NCBI GenBank assembly: GCA_017468465.1
Contig: JAFUIN010000018.1
Location: 9,766 to 73,765, forward strand
From: Clostridia bacterium
GTDB taxonomy: Bacteria > Bacillota > Clostridia > UMGS1840
DNA length: 64,000 nt
Reading direction: 5' to 3'
Positions within the stretch are counted from its first letter, which is position 1. Each line of letters begins with the position of its first letter. The notes under the pieces are model-generated. The model saw nothing but the letters and a program-made list of their open reading frames with translations. It did no database searches and was not told the origin of the DNA. A program made the position numbers and the translations under genes. Shown here piece by piece: positions 54,935 through 64,000 of the stretch.

Positions 54935-55486
54935 ATGAACTTGATGGATATTATTTTAACCGGCATCGGCTTAAGTATGGATGCGGCAGCTGTTTCCATA
55001 ACCAATGGAATGGCGTATCACATGAATCGTGATAAAAAGCTTATGATGCCGGTATTTTTCGGAGTGTTTCAAGGCTTGATGCCGATGTTGGGTTTCTATG
55101 CAGGGGGCGTGTTCTCTCAGTGGCTCACCAAATACTCAGGTGTTGTTATTTTTGTGATTTTGGGCTTTTTGGGCATCCAGATGGTTCGGGAAGGGCTGTC
55201 GCACAATTTGCATGAAAAAAAAGAACCCGTTTTCATGACCTATCGGATTCTTTTTGTGCAGGCGATTGCCACCAGTATTGATGCGTTTGCAGTGGGGGTT
55301 GCATTTTGTGCAACAGGAGTTTCTACGGTTTGGTTTCCCGCCTCGGTGATTTGTGTCACCACCTTAATCATTAGCTTTTTTGCTGTATTCTTAGGGAAAA
55401 AATTCGGAGAAATGCTTGGGAAAAAAGCAGAAGTTTTCGGTGGTTCAATCCTTTTGCTTCTGGCGCTTAAGGCTCTTTTGTTTTGA
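54935..55486 (+). CDS. mntP: Manganese efflux pump MntP
   Basis: About 183 aa, six TM helices, with the duplicated SMDAAAVS / SIDAFAVG motifs. Confidence 0.8.
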   Translation: MNLMDIILTGIGLSMDAAAVSITNGMAYHMNRDKKLMMPVFFGVFQGLMPMLGFYAGGVFSQWLTKYSGVVIFVILGFLGIQMVREGLSHNLHEKKEPVFMTYRILFVQAIATSIDAFAVGVAFCATGVSTVWFPASVICVTTLIISFFAVFLGKKFGEMLGKKAEVFGGSILLLLALKALLF

Positions 55487-56044
55487 CAAAGAAGCTTCTT
55501 CAGACGCACACAGCCAACGTGCCGGTGTGCATAGAATTGCTACAAAAGCAGTCAGCACACTTTGCAGGCTGGTGAGCAGCACAACCGGAAGCGCGGCAAG
55601 ACAGGCGGAAAATACTTCATCAACGCCCATTTCATAGAAAAACATAAAAATCCGCTGTCCTGCATAATCGTAAGGGATGCTGTCGTTTTTCCACAGCACG
55701 ATAAAGATATAGAAAAACAAATCCAATAAGAACACTTCGCCCGCAGCCACCAACCAGTTGGTGATGCGGGTTTCTTTTTTCAGCTGTTCCCCGACAATGA
55801 CGGAAATTATAATTCCGGAAAGGCCCATCCACAAAAAATCTTGTCCATAACAAAACAGACTGATGGCAAGAAAGGTAACAGCAGCGGTTAAAATGCCGGC
55901 ACCGCTTCCTAACAGTGTTGCAACATACAATGTCCCAGTGTGATAGGGCAAAAGCGGCATCTTAAAATAATGCGCCACAAAGAACAGCACAAGATTCAGG
56001 CAAATACCTATGTATAAGAGTAAAATCGGTTTATTGTCCCGCAT
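55445..56044 (-). CDS. Hypothetical integral membrane protein
   Basis: 199 aa, about 5-6 TM segments, no recognised motif. Its 3' end overlaps mntP by 42 nt (convergent). Confidence 0.5.
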   Translation of the reverse strand: MRDNKPILLLYIGICLNLVLFFVAHYFKMPLLPYHTGTLYVATLLGSGAGILTAAVTFLAISLFCYGQDFLWMGLSGIIISVIVGEQLKKETRITNWLVAAGEVFLLDLFFYIFIVLWKNDSIPYDYAGQRIFMFFYEMGVDEVFSACLAALPVVLLTSLQSVLTAFVAILCTPARWLCASEEASLSKQKSLKRQKQKD

Positions 56045-56098
56045 AAAAACACCTTTGTTTCTTCGATTTATCGTTTGTGATCAAGCAGTTTTTTCCAA

Positions 56099-58162
56099 TC
56101 AGTTTACCTGAAATAAAGAGTTGGATACAATTTCATAAGTCATCTGGCTGTCGTTATAATGAATTTTTAAGTATTCGGTGGGTTGCTTCAAAAAGCTGGT
56201 AACAGAGGCAGTATCAAAGGCTACCGAAATCACTCGCACCCCATCTTTTAAGGTAACAAGCTCGGTTTTTTCGCCACGGTGTATTACCAGGATATTTTTG
56301 CCTTCCATTCTGGTTTTGGAAATTGCCTCAAAAAACAGCTTTTCCTCTTGTGGACGGCTGAAGCTGAGGGGTTGCGTCATCACCAGAATAATGTTTTGCT
56401 TTTCGGTATTCAAAGCTTCTTCTAAGCGGTTCCATTCTTCCATGCCTTTATTCAGAATGCGATTTTTTGCATTGTCTATGGTCACAATTTCAATTTTGTC
56501 ATTCTCAATGTTTTTGTCTGTAAAAGGATAGATGGAGGGGTTAATTTTTTCCAGTACGGTGCTGGTGAGCAACCGGGTGAAAAAGGTGTCATAGCTTCTG
56601 CTTCCGCCATAGATGGATAAGGAGTTGGAGAGTCCCAGATTTTCGGTCATCACATCATTTTTTGGCAAAGAATCTTTTAAGATGATTCCGGTTGCTTTAT
56701 CATATTCTTCTTTAGAAATTTCACGGGTATATCCGTCCGGATTGGTTACCCGATAAGTTTCATTTTTTGTTTTTTCGGCGTAAGTTGCAGGTGCAACTGT
56801 GGTAAGTGTAAAGGTTCCGACAGCTCCCTGATATTCCATCAGAATGGTTGCGGTTGACAGGGCTTCGCCGTAAAAATAGCCGTTTTTTATGGTGCCGTTT
56901 CCTTCTTTTAGGGAGAATTTTATCTGCTTGCTGTCCACTTCCATGGGCATTCCCGTCTGGTCATAAACAGTGGCAGTCAGCTGTTTTGGCACGTTGGAAT
57001 AGCAAATAGCATCAGTTGCCTTGATTCCGTATGGCTTTTTCTCTTCTGCTTCGGCAATGATCCCGATGGCATTGGCAACCGGACGTTCATAGCCGCCGGA
57101 TAACTCGTGAATATATTTCAGCTCCCCTGATGTGTTGTCAATCACCGCACATTGAGTGGAACCGCCGCCGTCTAAGTTGATGGCATAGTAAGCTCCTTCT
57201 TTGAGGCATAGCTCTGCCATTTTCTTTTGGGTGATACCGGATTGATTGACTACCGTAATCATCCAGAGGGTTTTGCCGTCTTTGGAAATCCCTAAAGCAG
57301 GGAAGGCTGTGGTTCCGGAAATGGGATAAGACATTTCTTGCACCAATTCTCCTTTGTCGACCAGCAGCGAGCCTCCTCCTATGGTAAAATCAGGCAAAAA
57401 TTCCAGCGTGGGTGTGGTGATAACCTCCAAGGTCACCTTGTCGCCCACCTGAATCTGTTCAAAAAGGGTGGTCAAATCGGACAGTCCTGCCACAACAAAG
57501 CCATTTTCAGGAATGGCTACCGGGGGCATATCCCGACGGATTTCGGTAAGAATTCCGTTTTCTACCACCAATTCTACCAAGGTGCCTTCAGATCCGAGAG
57601 ATTCCTTGCCCCAGTGCTGATCGAAAATGGCGATTCCATCCAATGGAGAATATTTATTGTAGGTTTTTACAAATTCAAACACCTCATCCCGAAAACCCAG
57701 CTTGATTTGATTGGAAAACACATCAAAAGAATATTGGTGGTCATCGCTGTAGGAAAAAGAATATACCTTTTCTTCCAAAGCATTGGAAAGCATCTTTCCG
57801 TCTTTGGCATTATAGCCCACAGCAGAGCCTTTTGACGCTTCCGATGAGCGGTTGAAATAGTCAGCATTCATCACTACGGCAGCACCATTATCGGTTCCGA
57901 TATTCCGGCTGGATTTCAAGGTGGAGGCGCCTTCTTGGGGATAAAGAATATCCAGTTGCAGATTGGGGTTGTTAAGGTCACACTCCACTACCTGATAACG
58001 AAAAAATTCTCCGTCTGAAATGGATTCTGTGATGCGCACTTCAACACCGGAGAGCGGGTTGGTAACTGTGGTTTTAGTGTGGGGGGTATGATATGCCAAT
58101 GCAATAGAGCTTATTTGAAGTCCAATTAAACACCAGGCAGAAATTTTGGTAAAAAGTTTCAT
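56099..58162 (-). CDS. Secreted phosphodiester glycosidase (NAGPA/DUF2233) family protein
   Basis: VVMNADYFN and AINLDGGGST motifs. Signal-peptide start MKLFTKISAWCLIG follows AGGAGTG. Confidence 0.7.
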   Translation of the reverse strand: MKLFTKISAWCLIGLQISSIALAYHTPHTKTTVTNPLSGVEVRITESISDGEFFRYQVVECDLNNPNLQLDILYPQEGASTLKSSRNIGTDNGAAVVMNADYFNRSSEASKGSAVGYNAKDGKMLSNALEEKVYSFSYSDDHQYSFDVFSNQIKLGFRDEVFEFVKTYNKYSPLDGIAIFDQHWGKESLGSEGTLVELVVENGILTEIRRDMPPVAIPENGFVVAGLSDLTTLFEQIQVGDKVTLEVITTPTLEFLPDFTIGGGSLLVDKGELVQEMSYPISGTTAFPALGISKDGKTLWMITVVNQSGITQKKMAELCLKEGAYYAINLDGGGSTQCAVIDNTSGELKYIHELSGGYERPVANAIGIIAEAEEKKPYGIKATDAICYSNVPKQLTATVYDQTGMPMEVDSKQIKFSLKEGNGTIKNGYFYGEALSTATILMEYQGAVGTFTLTTVAPATYAEKTKNETYRVTNPDGYTREISKEEYDKATGIILKDSLPKNDVMTENLGLSNSLSIYGGSRSYDTFFTRLLTSTVLEKINPSIYPFTDKNIENDKIEIVTIDNAKNRILNKGMEEWNRLEEALNTEKQNIILVMTQPLSFSRPQEEKLFFEAISKTRMEGKNILVIHRGEKTELVTLKDGVRVISVAFDTASVTSFLKQPTEYLKIHYNDSQMTYEIVSNSLFQVN

Positions 58163-58433
58163 AAAGCAAGTCACTCCTGTTATGTAAATTTCTCTATTTT
58201 GACGGAATAATTTCCGGAAAAGTTCGGCTTTATCCGTAAATGGATAGTACATATCATTATAATAAAAAAAAGGGAGTTCGTCAATCTTTTTTTCAAACAA
58301 TTACTCCAAAATTATAAAGAATTCGGAATTTTTCCGTATTATTTGTGAAAATAACTTGACGAAACTGCAAAAATACAGTAAAATAATAAGGTAGTAAAAT
58401 GGTACAAGTTTATGTCAAAGGAGGAAACAGAGC

Positions 58434-59486
58434 TTGAAAAAAATAACTGCTTTTGTATTGATTCTTGCAAGGCTTTTGATGTCTTGCTCTGTTTGCCTTG
58501 CGCGCGATGTGTCCACCTTTGATGTGCTTTCCAATATGGACAATGCGCTTTTGGAACGGTTTCGTGCCGGCGGCTTATCTGATGAAATGATTAAGAGCTT
58601 TATGGACGTTTTGGATGATGAAGCAGATAAGCTTCAAAAACCGGAAGACCGTCAAACATTAGAGCAGTATTTTTTGAGTCTGCTGCTTTTGTATGTGTTT
58701 CAGCAGGAACGGTTTTTACCGGTTATGGTGGCGTTTGACCAGCAGTTTCAGGAAGAAGTGGTGTATATTGCCGAAACGGGGAAAATTCCGGAGAGTTTGG
58801 AAATCTTTTTCCTTTCTGTGATGGGAAATAACATTGCCTATATCCCTCCCGTTACAGAGGAATATTACGATGACGTAGTCGAAGAAACACCGGCCCCCAC
58901 CGAAGAACCCACCCCGACTCCTACTCCCACGCCGACTCCGCCGTTTTCCGATTTGGAAGGATATTCCTGGGCGTTGGATGCTATTCGGCTGTTGCACGAC
59001 AGAGGATTTGTGCAAGGCTATCCTGATGGCACGTTCCATCCGGAATCGCCCATCAGCCGTGCAGAGCTTGCTGTTCTGGTCAGCCGTGTGTTTTTAGATC
59101 AGACATACAGCTATTCCAAAAGTGAGTACCCCGACGTTTCTTTGGATGACTGGTATGCAAAAAGTTTACTGAATGCAGAGTATTTTTCCATTTTTCAGTG
59201 GATTTACGAAGGGGAATTTCAACCGGACCTTCCGGTGACCCGTCAAGAGATTTGTGCTGCGGTTTACAGGGCTTTTCGTCGAAGCGGAAGAACCACTCTG
59301 AAAGCAGTTCCCCGATTTGAATTTTTAGATTTTTCCACCATCTCCAGTTATGCCTATGACCCCGTTCAGCAGCTTCAGCAAGCGGGTTGCATCAAAGGCT
59401 ACGATGACGGTTGCTTTTACCCGGATAGAATTGCCACTCGTGCAGAAACGATGCAAATTATAGCATCTGTTTTACAGTTGCCTTAA
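58434..59486 (+). CDS. SLH-domain cell-surface protein
   Basis: TTG start after AAGGAGGA, signal peptide, (TP)n linker and three SLH-like repeats (FSDL...GYPDGTFHP, YPDVS..., FLDFS...GYDDGCFYP). Confidence 0.75.
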   Translation: MKKITAFVLILARLLMSCSVCLARDVSTFDVLSNMDNALLERFRAGGLSDEMIKSFMDVLDDEADKLQKPEDRQTLEQYFLSLLLLYVFQQERFLPVMVAFDQQFQEEVVYIAETGKIPESLEIFFLSVMGNNIAYIPPVTEEYYDDVVEETPAPTEEPTPTPTPTPTPPFSDLEGYSWALDAIRLLHDRGFVQGYPDGTFHPESPISRAELAVLVSRVFLDQTYSYSKSEYPDVSLDDWYAKSLLNAEYFSIFQWIYEGEFQPDLPVTRQEICAAVYRAFRRSGRTTLKAVPRFEFLDFSTISSYAYDPVQQLQQAGCIKGYDDGCFYPDRIATRAETMQIIASVLQLP

Positions 59487-59531
59487 GCCAAAGCTATTTT
59501 TTCATACGGAAATTGAGAAAGGAATCCTTTT

Positions 59532-61220
59532 ATGAAAAAACTTACCTTATTGATGTTAATGTTTTATTTATGCACTTGTACGGTGTTTGCAGAGCCGACG
59601 GCTTCTCCGTCACCCACCCCGTCATCTGCACCGCAGGTTAGTCAACCTTATTCCGGAAGTGCTTATATTACCATATTGCACACCTCGGATATTCACGGAA
59701 ATATTCAACGCAGTAAAGAAAAAGGCACTTTGGGCTATTCCGGCATTGCAGCAATTCAGAAATCCTTGCCGGAAAGCATTTTGGTTGATGGCGGTGATTA
59801 TTTGACATCCAATTTGTTTACGGCGCAAGATACGGCAAATGATGTGTTATCATTGATGAATACAGTTGGTTACCATCTGGCAGCAATCGGCGAAGCGGAT
59901 TTGCGCAATGGCGTTTCTGTTTTGCAGGACATTCAGGCAAAAGCCGCTTTTCATATGCTTTCCAGTAATGTGACTGTAGGAGCCGAACGAAAACCCTTAC
60001 TTGCTTCCACCAAAATCATTGAAACAAAAGGAATTAAATTGGGCTTTTTCAGCATTTTGAATCCGGAGCTTCGCTTGGTTTCAGGCTTGGAGGAAATGAC
60101 AGATATTTATCTGGAGGATGCCAGCAAAACAGCGCAGAATTGTGTCAATTCGCTGAAAGCGGAAGGTGCCGATGTGATTATTGCATTAACTCACATGGGC
60201 ACAACAGGCAGCACCTCTGTTGATCAGCTTGCGGCTTTTGTTACGGGCATTGATTTTATTTTTGACGGACACGACCATCAAGAAGAAAACGGCAGATTTA
60301 TCGGTGATACCTTAATTATGAACCCCGGCGGAAACGGGGAAAAGCTGATGCAGCTGGATTTGAAATTCGGTGCAAATAAACAGCTTCTTTCTTTCTCCAC
60401 TACACAATGGTCTTATGAGGCGACCGAAAGTCTCAACCTGGATGAAACCATTATGAATCTGGAGAACAGCATTGTACAGACACAGGCTGAATTTTTGAAC
60501 GAGGGCGTCGCAGTTTCCAGTGTTGAGCTTTCTTATGGTGATGACATTGGTTATCGTTCTACTGCACTGGGAAATTTTGTGGCAGATGCCTATCGGGAAA
60601 AAACCAAAGCAACGGTTGCTTTGGTAGATGCGGGAAGTATTGGCGCAGGTGTGCGTGGCGGTTCGGTAACCAAGGCAGATATTTTAGCGATATTGCCGAA
60701 AAACCATGGAATTCAGACGAAAAAGATTACTCCCAAAGCGTTAAAAACAGCGTTGGAAAGTGCAGTTTCCGGCATCAAGCTGAAAGAGGACGGAACCATT
60801 GACCCCGAAAGCGCAACTGAGAAATTTCCTCAGATTTCAGGGTTTCAGCTTTCTGTGAACTTGAAAAATGAACCCGGAGACCGTGTTGTTCGTATCAAGC
60901 TGGATAATGGAGTCAGCTTGAATTTGAATGATGACAGAAGCACCTTTACCATTGCCTCCAACAGCGGTGTATTGGCAGGAGGAAATGATTATGACATCTT
61001 TGCCTTATCTCCTCTTTATGAAGAGCATGGAGCAGAGGGACAGGCACTTTTGGAATATTTGAACTATTCCGACGAATATCCGGAGCACAGCGCGGAACGT
61101 GTTGTGATGACCAACCAGCAAAAGAATTATACCGGGTTGATTCTGAACATTCTGATTTCTGTTCTGGCTGTGGTTGTGATGCTGATTGTTGTTATCAAAA
61201 TGATGACAAAGGTAGCGTAA
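59532..61220 (+). CDS. Bifunctional metallophosphatase / 5'-nucleotidase with a C-terminal TM anchor
   Basis: ILHTSDIHGN and GGD motifs, THMG, a 5'-nucleotidase C-terminal domain, and a hydrophobic tail LILNILISVLAVVVMLIVVI. Confidence 0.8.
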   Translation: MKKLTLLMLMFYLCTCTVFAEPTASPSPTPSSAPQVSQPYSGSAYITILHTSDIHGNIQRSKEKGTLGYSGIAAIQKSLPESILVDGGDYLTSNLFTAQDTANDVLSLMNTVGYHLAAIGEADLRNGVSVLQDIQAKAAFHMLSSNVTVGAERKPLLASTKIIETKGIKLGFFSILNPELRLVSGLEEMTDIYLEDASKTAQNCVNSLKAEGADVIIALTHMGTTGSTSVDQLAAFVTGIDFIFDGHDHQEENGRFIGDTLIMNPGGNGEKLMQLDLKFGANKQLLSFSTTQWSYEATESLNLDETIMNLENSIVQTQAEFLNEGVAVSSVELSYGDDIGYRSTALGNFVADAYREKTKATVALVDAGSIGAGVRGGSVTKADILAILPKNHGIQTKKITPKALKTALESAVSGIKLKEDGTIDPESATEKFPQISGFQLSVNLKNEPGDRVVRIKLDNGVSLNLNDDRSTFTIASNSGVLAGGNDYDIFALSPLYEEHGAEGQALLEYLNYSDEYPEHSAERVVMTNQQKNYTGLILNILISVLAVVVMLIVVIKMMTKVA

Positions 61221-61258
61221 AACCAATCAAAGTAAAGAAGTAGAAAGGACTTGTTTGC

Positions 61259-61843
61259 TTGAAAATCGTAAAAAGAATTCTCATTATACTGGTGTGTATC
61301 CTGATAGCAGGATACGCCATCTATAAAATTGCATATCCCTACGTAGCACCCATATTGTTTGACTATATTGTAGAGACCAATCTGGACGCATTTGTCAAAC
61401 TGGAGAAGTCTTTGTCAGAGTCGTTGGAGCCGGAGGAAACACACACTCCTTCTGTACCTGACGAGAAAGAACCCCAAACGGAACAGACAGACGAAGAGAA
61501 TCCGCAACCTATCGATGAACCATCGGAGCCGAATACTCCGTCAGCCAAACCGGCTCCCACCAAAAAGCCGGAGATGGAAATTCAGTCGGTAAAAACCACG
61601 ATGGGTGTTTTTACGGGAGAACATCTGGCAAGAGCGCTGAAAAACATTTCCCCGAAAGATAAGACAAGGATTATATCTCTTTGTCAAAGCGCTGTTTCTG
61701 CTTCGGACATCTTAAAAGTCAGCAAAATGATGCTTCAGGATGGATTAAGCAAGGAACAACAAAAATATATTGAAAACTATTTAAGAGATAATTTGTCGGT
61801 TCCCTCCAAGCGTGAGATTCTGGAAATTCTGAAACAATATTAA
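61259..61843 (+). CDS. Hypothetical membrane-anchored protein with an acidic Pro-rich linker
   Basis: 194 aa, TTG start, N-terminal TM helix, no recognised domain. Confidence 0.5.
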   Translation: MKIVKRILIILVCILIAGYAIYKIAYPYVAPILFDYIVETNLDAFVKLEKSLSESLEPEETHTPSVPDEKEPQTEQTDEENPQPIDEPSEPNTPSAKPAPTKKPEMEIQSVKTTMGVFTGEHLARALKNISPKDKTRIISLCQSAVSASDILKVSKMMLQDGLSKEQQKYIENYLRDNLSVPSKREILEILKQY

Positions 61844-61856
61844 GGAGATTACTCTT

Positions 61857-62570
61857 TTGGAAACAGTTGCACAAATTGGAAACCGTTTTGAAATTTTTCA
61901 GCGGGAAGATTGCTTCAAATTCGGCACCGATGCGGTGCTGCTGGCACGATTCTCCAGAATCCGGAGAAAAGATGTGTTGTATGATTTTTGCGCGGGGACG
62001 GGAGCGGTAGGCTTTTTTTGTCACTTGCTCTATCAACCCAAAGAAATTGGATTTGTGGAAATTGATTCTGTAATGAGTGAGCTGTCTCATAAAACAGCAA
62101 TACATAACAACATAGCAGAAAAGTGTAGGTTTTTCTGTACCGATTTGGCAGACTTCAATGAGGATAAATCATTGCCCTATGCCGATTGTGTAACTGTGAA
62201 TCCGCCTTATTTTCTCAATCAAAGCGGAAAAACCAATCAAAATGAGAATCTGAAAATCGCCCGCCATACAGGAGATTTTTCCCATGAAACACTGTTTCAG
62301 AAAGCATACGATTTACTGAAGGATGGGGGCAAGCTGTTTCTCATTCAACGGGTACAGAATTTAGCAGAAATTTTATATTTGATGCGAAACCATCGGCTTG
62401 AGCCAAAGCGGCTTCGGATGGTGCATAGCTATCGGGACAAAGAAGCAACGCTTTTTTTGGTAGAGGGTGTCAAAAACGGCGGCACATGGTTGGACTGTTT
62501 GCCACCCCTTGTGTTATATGAAGAAAACGGCGAAATGACAGAAGAATTTCGTCAAATGCAGGAGTTTTAG
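61857..62570 (+). CDS. SAM-dependent methyltransferase, TrmN6/YfiC-like (tRNA m6A37)
   Basis: 237 aa with the DFCAGTG SAM motif and the NPPYF N6-adenine motif. Confidence 0.65.
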   Translation: METVAQIGNRFEIFQREDCFKFGTDAVLLARFSRIRRKDVLYDFCAGTGAVGFFCHLLYQPKEIGFVEIDSVMSELSHKTAIHNNIAEKCRFFCTDLADFNEDKSLPYADCVTVNPPYFLNQSGKTNQNENLKIARHTGDFSHETLFQKAYDLLKDGGKLFLIQRVQNLAEILYLMRNHRLEPKRLRMVHSYRDKEATLFLVEGVKNGGTWLDCLPPLVLYEENGEMTEEFRQMQEF

Positions 62571-62572
62571 AT

Positions 62573-63400
62573 ATGATGGGAACTCTATATCTGGTTGCCA
62601 CGCCAATCGGCAATATGGGAGATTTGTCTCCTCGCGCCTTGGAAGTGCTGGAGCATGCCGATTTGATTGCGGCGGAAGACACCCGGGTAACCGGGTCGCT
62701 ACTCAAAAAACTAGAGCTGGATAAAAAACTGATTAGCTATTATGAACATAATGCCAGCATGCGAAGCGGGGCACTATTAAGCCGCTTGGAACAGGGCGAA
62801 ACAGTCGCATTGGTGTCTGATGCAGGCACTCCGGCAATTTCCGACCCGGGGGAAGACATTGTGGCAAGATGTATTGAAAAAGGAATCGAAGTGATTCCTG
62901 TTCCCGGTGCCTGTGCCTTTGTCTGTGCATTGACGGTTTCCGGCTTTTCCACCAAACGCTTTACCTTTGTGGGCTTTTTATCTGCAAAGCAAAATGAACG
63001 AAAAAAAGAGTTGGAAGAGTACGCACACGCAACCGAAACTTTGATTTTCTATGAAGCGCCTCATCGACTTTTGAAAACCCTTTCGGATATGAAAGAAATC
63101 TTCGGAGCAGAGCGTAGAGTATCGGTCTCCCGTGAAATTACCAAGAAATTTGAAGAACACATTCGCGGCACATTGTCAGAGGTGCTTTCTCATTTTGAAA
63201 CCCATCCCATCAAGGGCGAGTTTGTCATTGTGGCAGAGGGCGGAACGAAAGCAGAATCTGCCTTGAATCAGCTTTCTTTAGAAGCGCATCTGGAGCATTA
63301 TATTTCCTTGGGGCACTCCAAAAAAGACAGCATCAAGCTGGTTGCGCAGGACCGTAATCTTCCCAAGCGGGATGTCTATACATATTTTCACAAAGAATAG
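62573..63400 (+). CDS. rsmI: 16S rRNA (cytidine1402-2'-O)-methyltransferase
   Basis: GTLYLVATPIGNMGDLSPRA N-terminus, tetrapyrrole-methylase fold. Confidence 0.9.
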   Translation: MMGTLYLVATPIGNMGDLSPRALEVLEHADLIAAEDTRVTGSLLKKLELDKKLISYYEHNASMRSGALLSRLEQGETVALVSDAGTPAISDPGEDIVARCIEKGIEVIPVPGACAFVCALTVSGFSTKRFTFVGFLSAKQNERKKELEEYAHATETLIFYEAPHRLLKTLSDMKEIFGAERRVSVSREITKKFEEHIRGTLSEVLSHFETHPIKGEFVIVAEGGTKAESALNQLSLEAHLEHYISLGHSKKDSIKLVAQDRNLPKRDVYTYFHKE

Positions 63401-63404
63401 CATC

Positions 63405-63440
63405 AAAAAAAGCAGGTAACAAAGCGTTACCTGCTTTTTG
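63405..63440 (+). terminator. rsmI terminator
   Basis: 10-bp stem AGCAGGTAAC/GTTACCTGCT followed by TTTT. Confidence 0.75.
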
Positions 63441-63566
63441 AAATTCACTATCCTGTAAAATTTATGACGAGAACCGCACAACAAGACCATTTGCGAGGAA
63501 TGAATGCTTGGAGAGGCTAACCTCTCAAGGCATAGTGGAATTTAAGGAACATAAGCAAAAAATTTA

Positions 63567-63743
63567 TTATTTGAATTTTCTTTTTCTTGCTTCTTCGGAT
63601 TTTTTCTTTCTTTTAACGCTGGGTTTTACATAGTGCTCTCTTTTTCTGATTTCAGAAAGAACACCTGCTTTTGCACACTGTCTTTTGAATCTTTTTAATG
63701 CGTTATCTAAAGATTCGTTATCTTTTAATCTGATTTCTGCCAT
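63567..63743 (-). CDS. rpsU: 30S ribosomal protein S21
   Basis: 58-aa ORF not in the supplied track (below the length cutoff): [70 protein letters not shown]. Confidence 0.9.
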   Translation of the reverse strand: MAEIRLKDNESLDNALKRFKRQCAKAGVLSEIRKREHYVKPSVKRKKKSEEARKRKFK

Positions 63744-63816
63744 CTCGGTTTGTCCCTCCTCCCATAAACGCAGTCAACGCTGCCGGACAAATTTCAATCA
63801 TAAATCTACGAATGAT

Positions 63817-63845
63817 ATTATAATATATAATTTCTGGTCTGTCAA
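63817..63845 (-). promoter_or_regulatory. Predicted rpsU promoter
   Basis: Minus strand reads consensus TTGACA, 17-nt spacer, TATAAT. Confidence 0.65.
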
Positions 63846-63982
63846 CAATTTTTTTTAATTTTTTCTAATTTTTTTGAAAAAAATAATAATTGAAATTTTT
63901 TTGTCGGATAGGGGAGGGGAAGCGGATTGCACAAGAGGGATTGACAGAATCACCTCCGGCTGATAAAATAAAAAGAAGGTGG

Positions 63983-64000
63983 ATGCAGTTGCACCGTTTC
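63983..64000 (+). CDS. Start of an unidentified gene, truncated by the window end
   Basis: TTGACA-17-TAAAAT promoter (63941-69), RBS GAAGGTGG and an ATG at 63983. Only 6 codons are visible. Confidence 0.3.

Overview
The window looks like a low-GC Firmicutes (Clostridia-like) chromosome: it carries a SCIFF-type radical SAM maturase, spoVG, nfnAB, SLH proteins and near-consensus sigma-A promoters with extended -10 boxes. Most of it is housekeeping. This includes murT/gatD, RNase J, nfnAB, ksgA, GTP-PEPCK, cinA-recA, an FMN riboswitch with ribU, cdaA-cdaR, murA, leuACDB-aroB, serCA, putP, acpP-plsX, prs, spoVG, proC, pyrBCFKD, thrS, trmL, coaE, era, mntP, rsmI and rpsU. No tRNA, rRNA, CRISPR array, transposase or integrase was seen.

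Seven things are not ordinary:
1. A 4.8 kb set of six intact phage-type genes (scaffold, HK97-fold capsid, adaptor-like, nozzle-like) sits between aroB and serC. It has no portal, terminase, integrase or lysis genes.
2. Two paralogous promoter-plus-structured-leader cassettes each end in an intrinsic terminator. One drives an 11-cysteine 74-aa protein and the other a secreted stalk-domain protein.
3. A structured repeat family starts with GGCT(T/C)GATAAA at the stop codons of three genes. It occurs as about 140-bp inverted copies flanking putP and as a 4.6-copy 86-bp tandem array.
4. The GatD homolog lacks both the catalytic Cys and the catalytic His.
5. The glmU position holds only the acetyltransferase half of the gene.
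6. The SCIFF maturase has no adjacent precursor gene.
7. A Leu-rich leader peptide with a terminator/antiterminator lies upstream of leuA, where a T-box would be expected.

All calls come from reading the sequence and recalling family motifs. No searches or folding programs were run, and identities were counted by eye.
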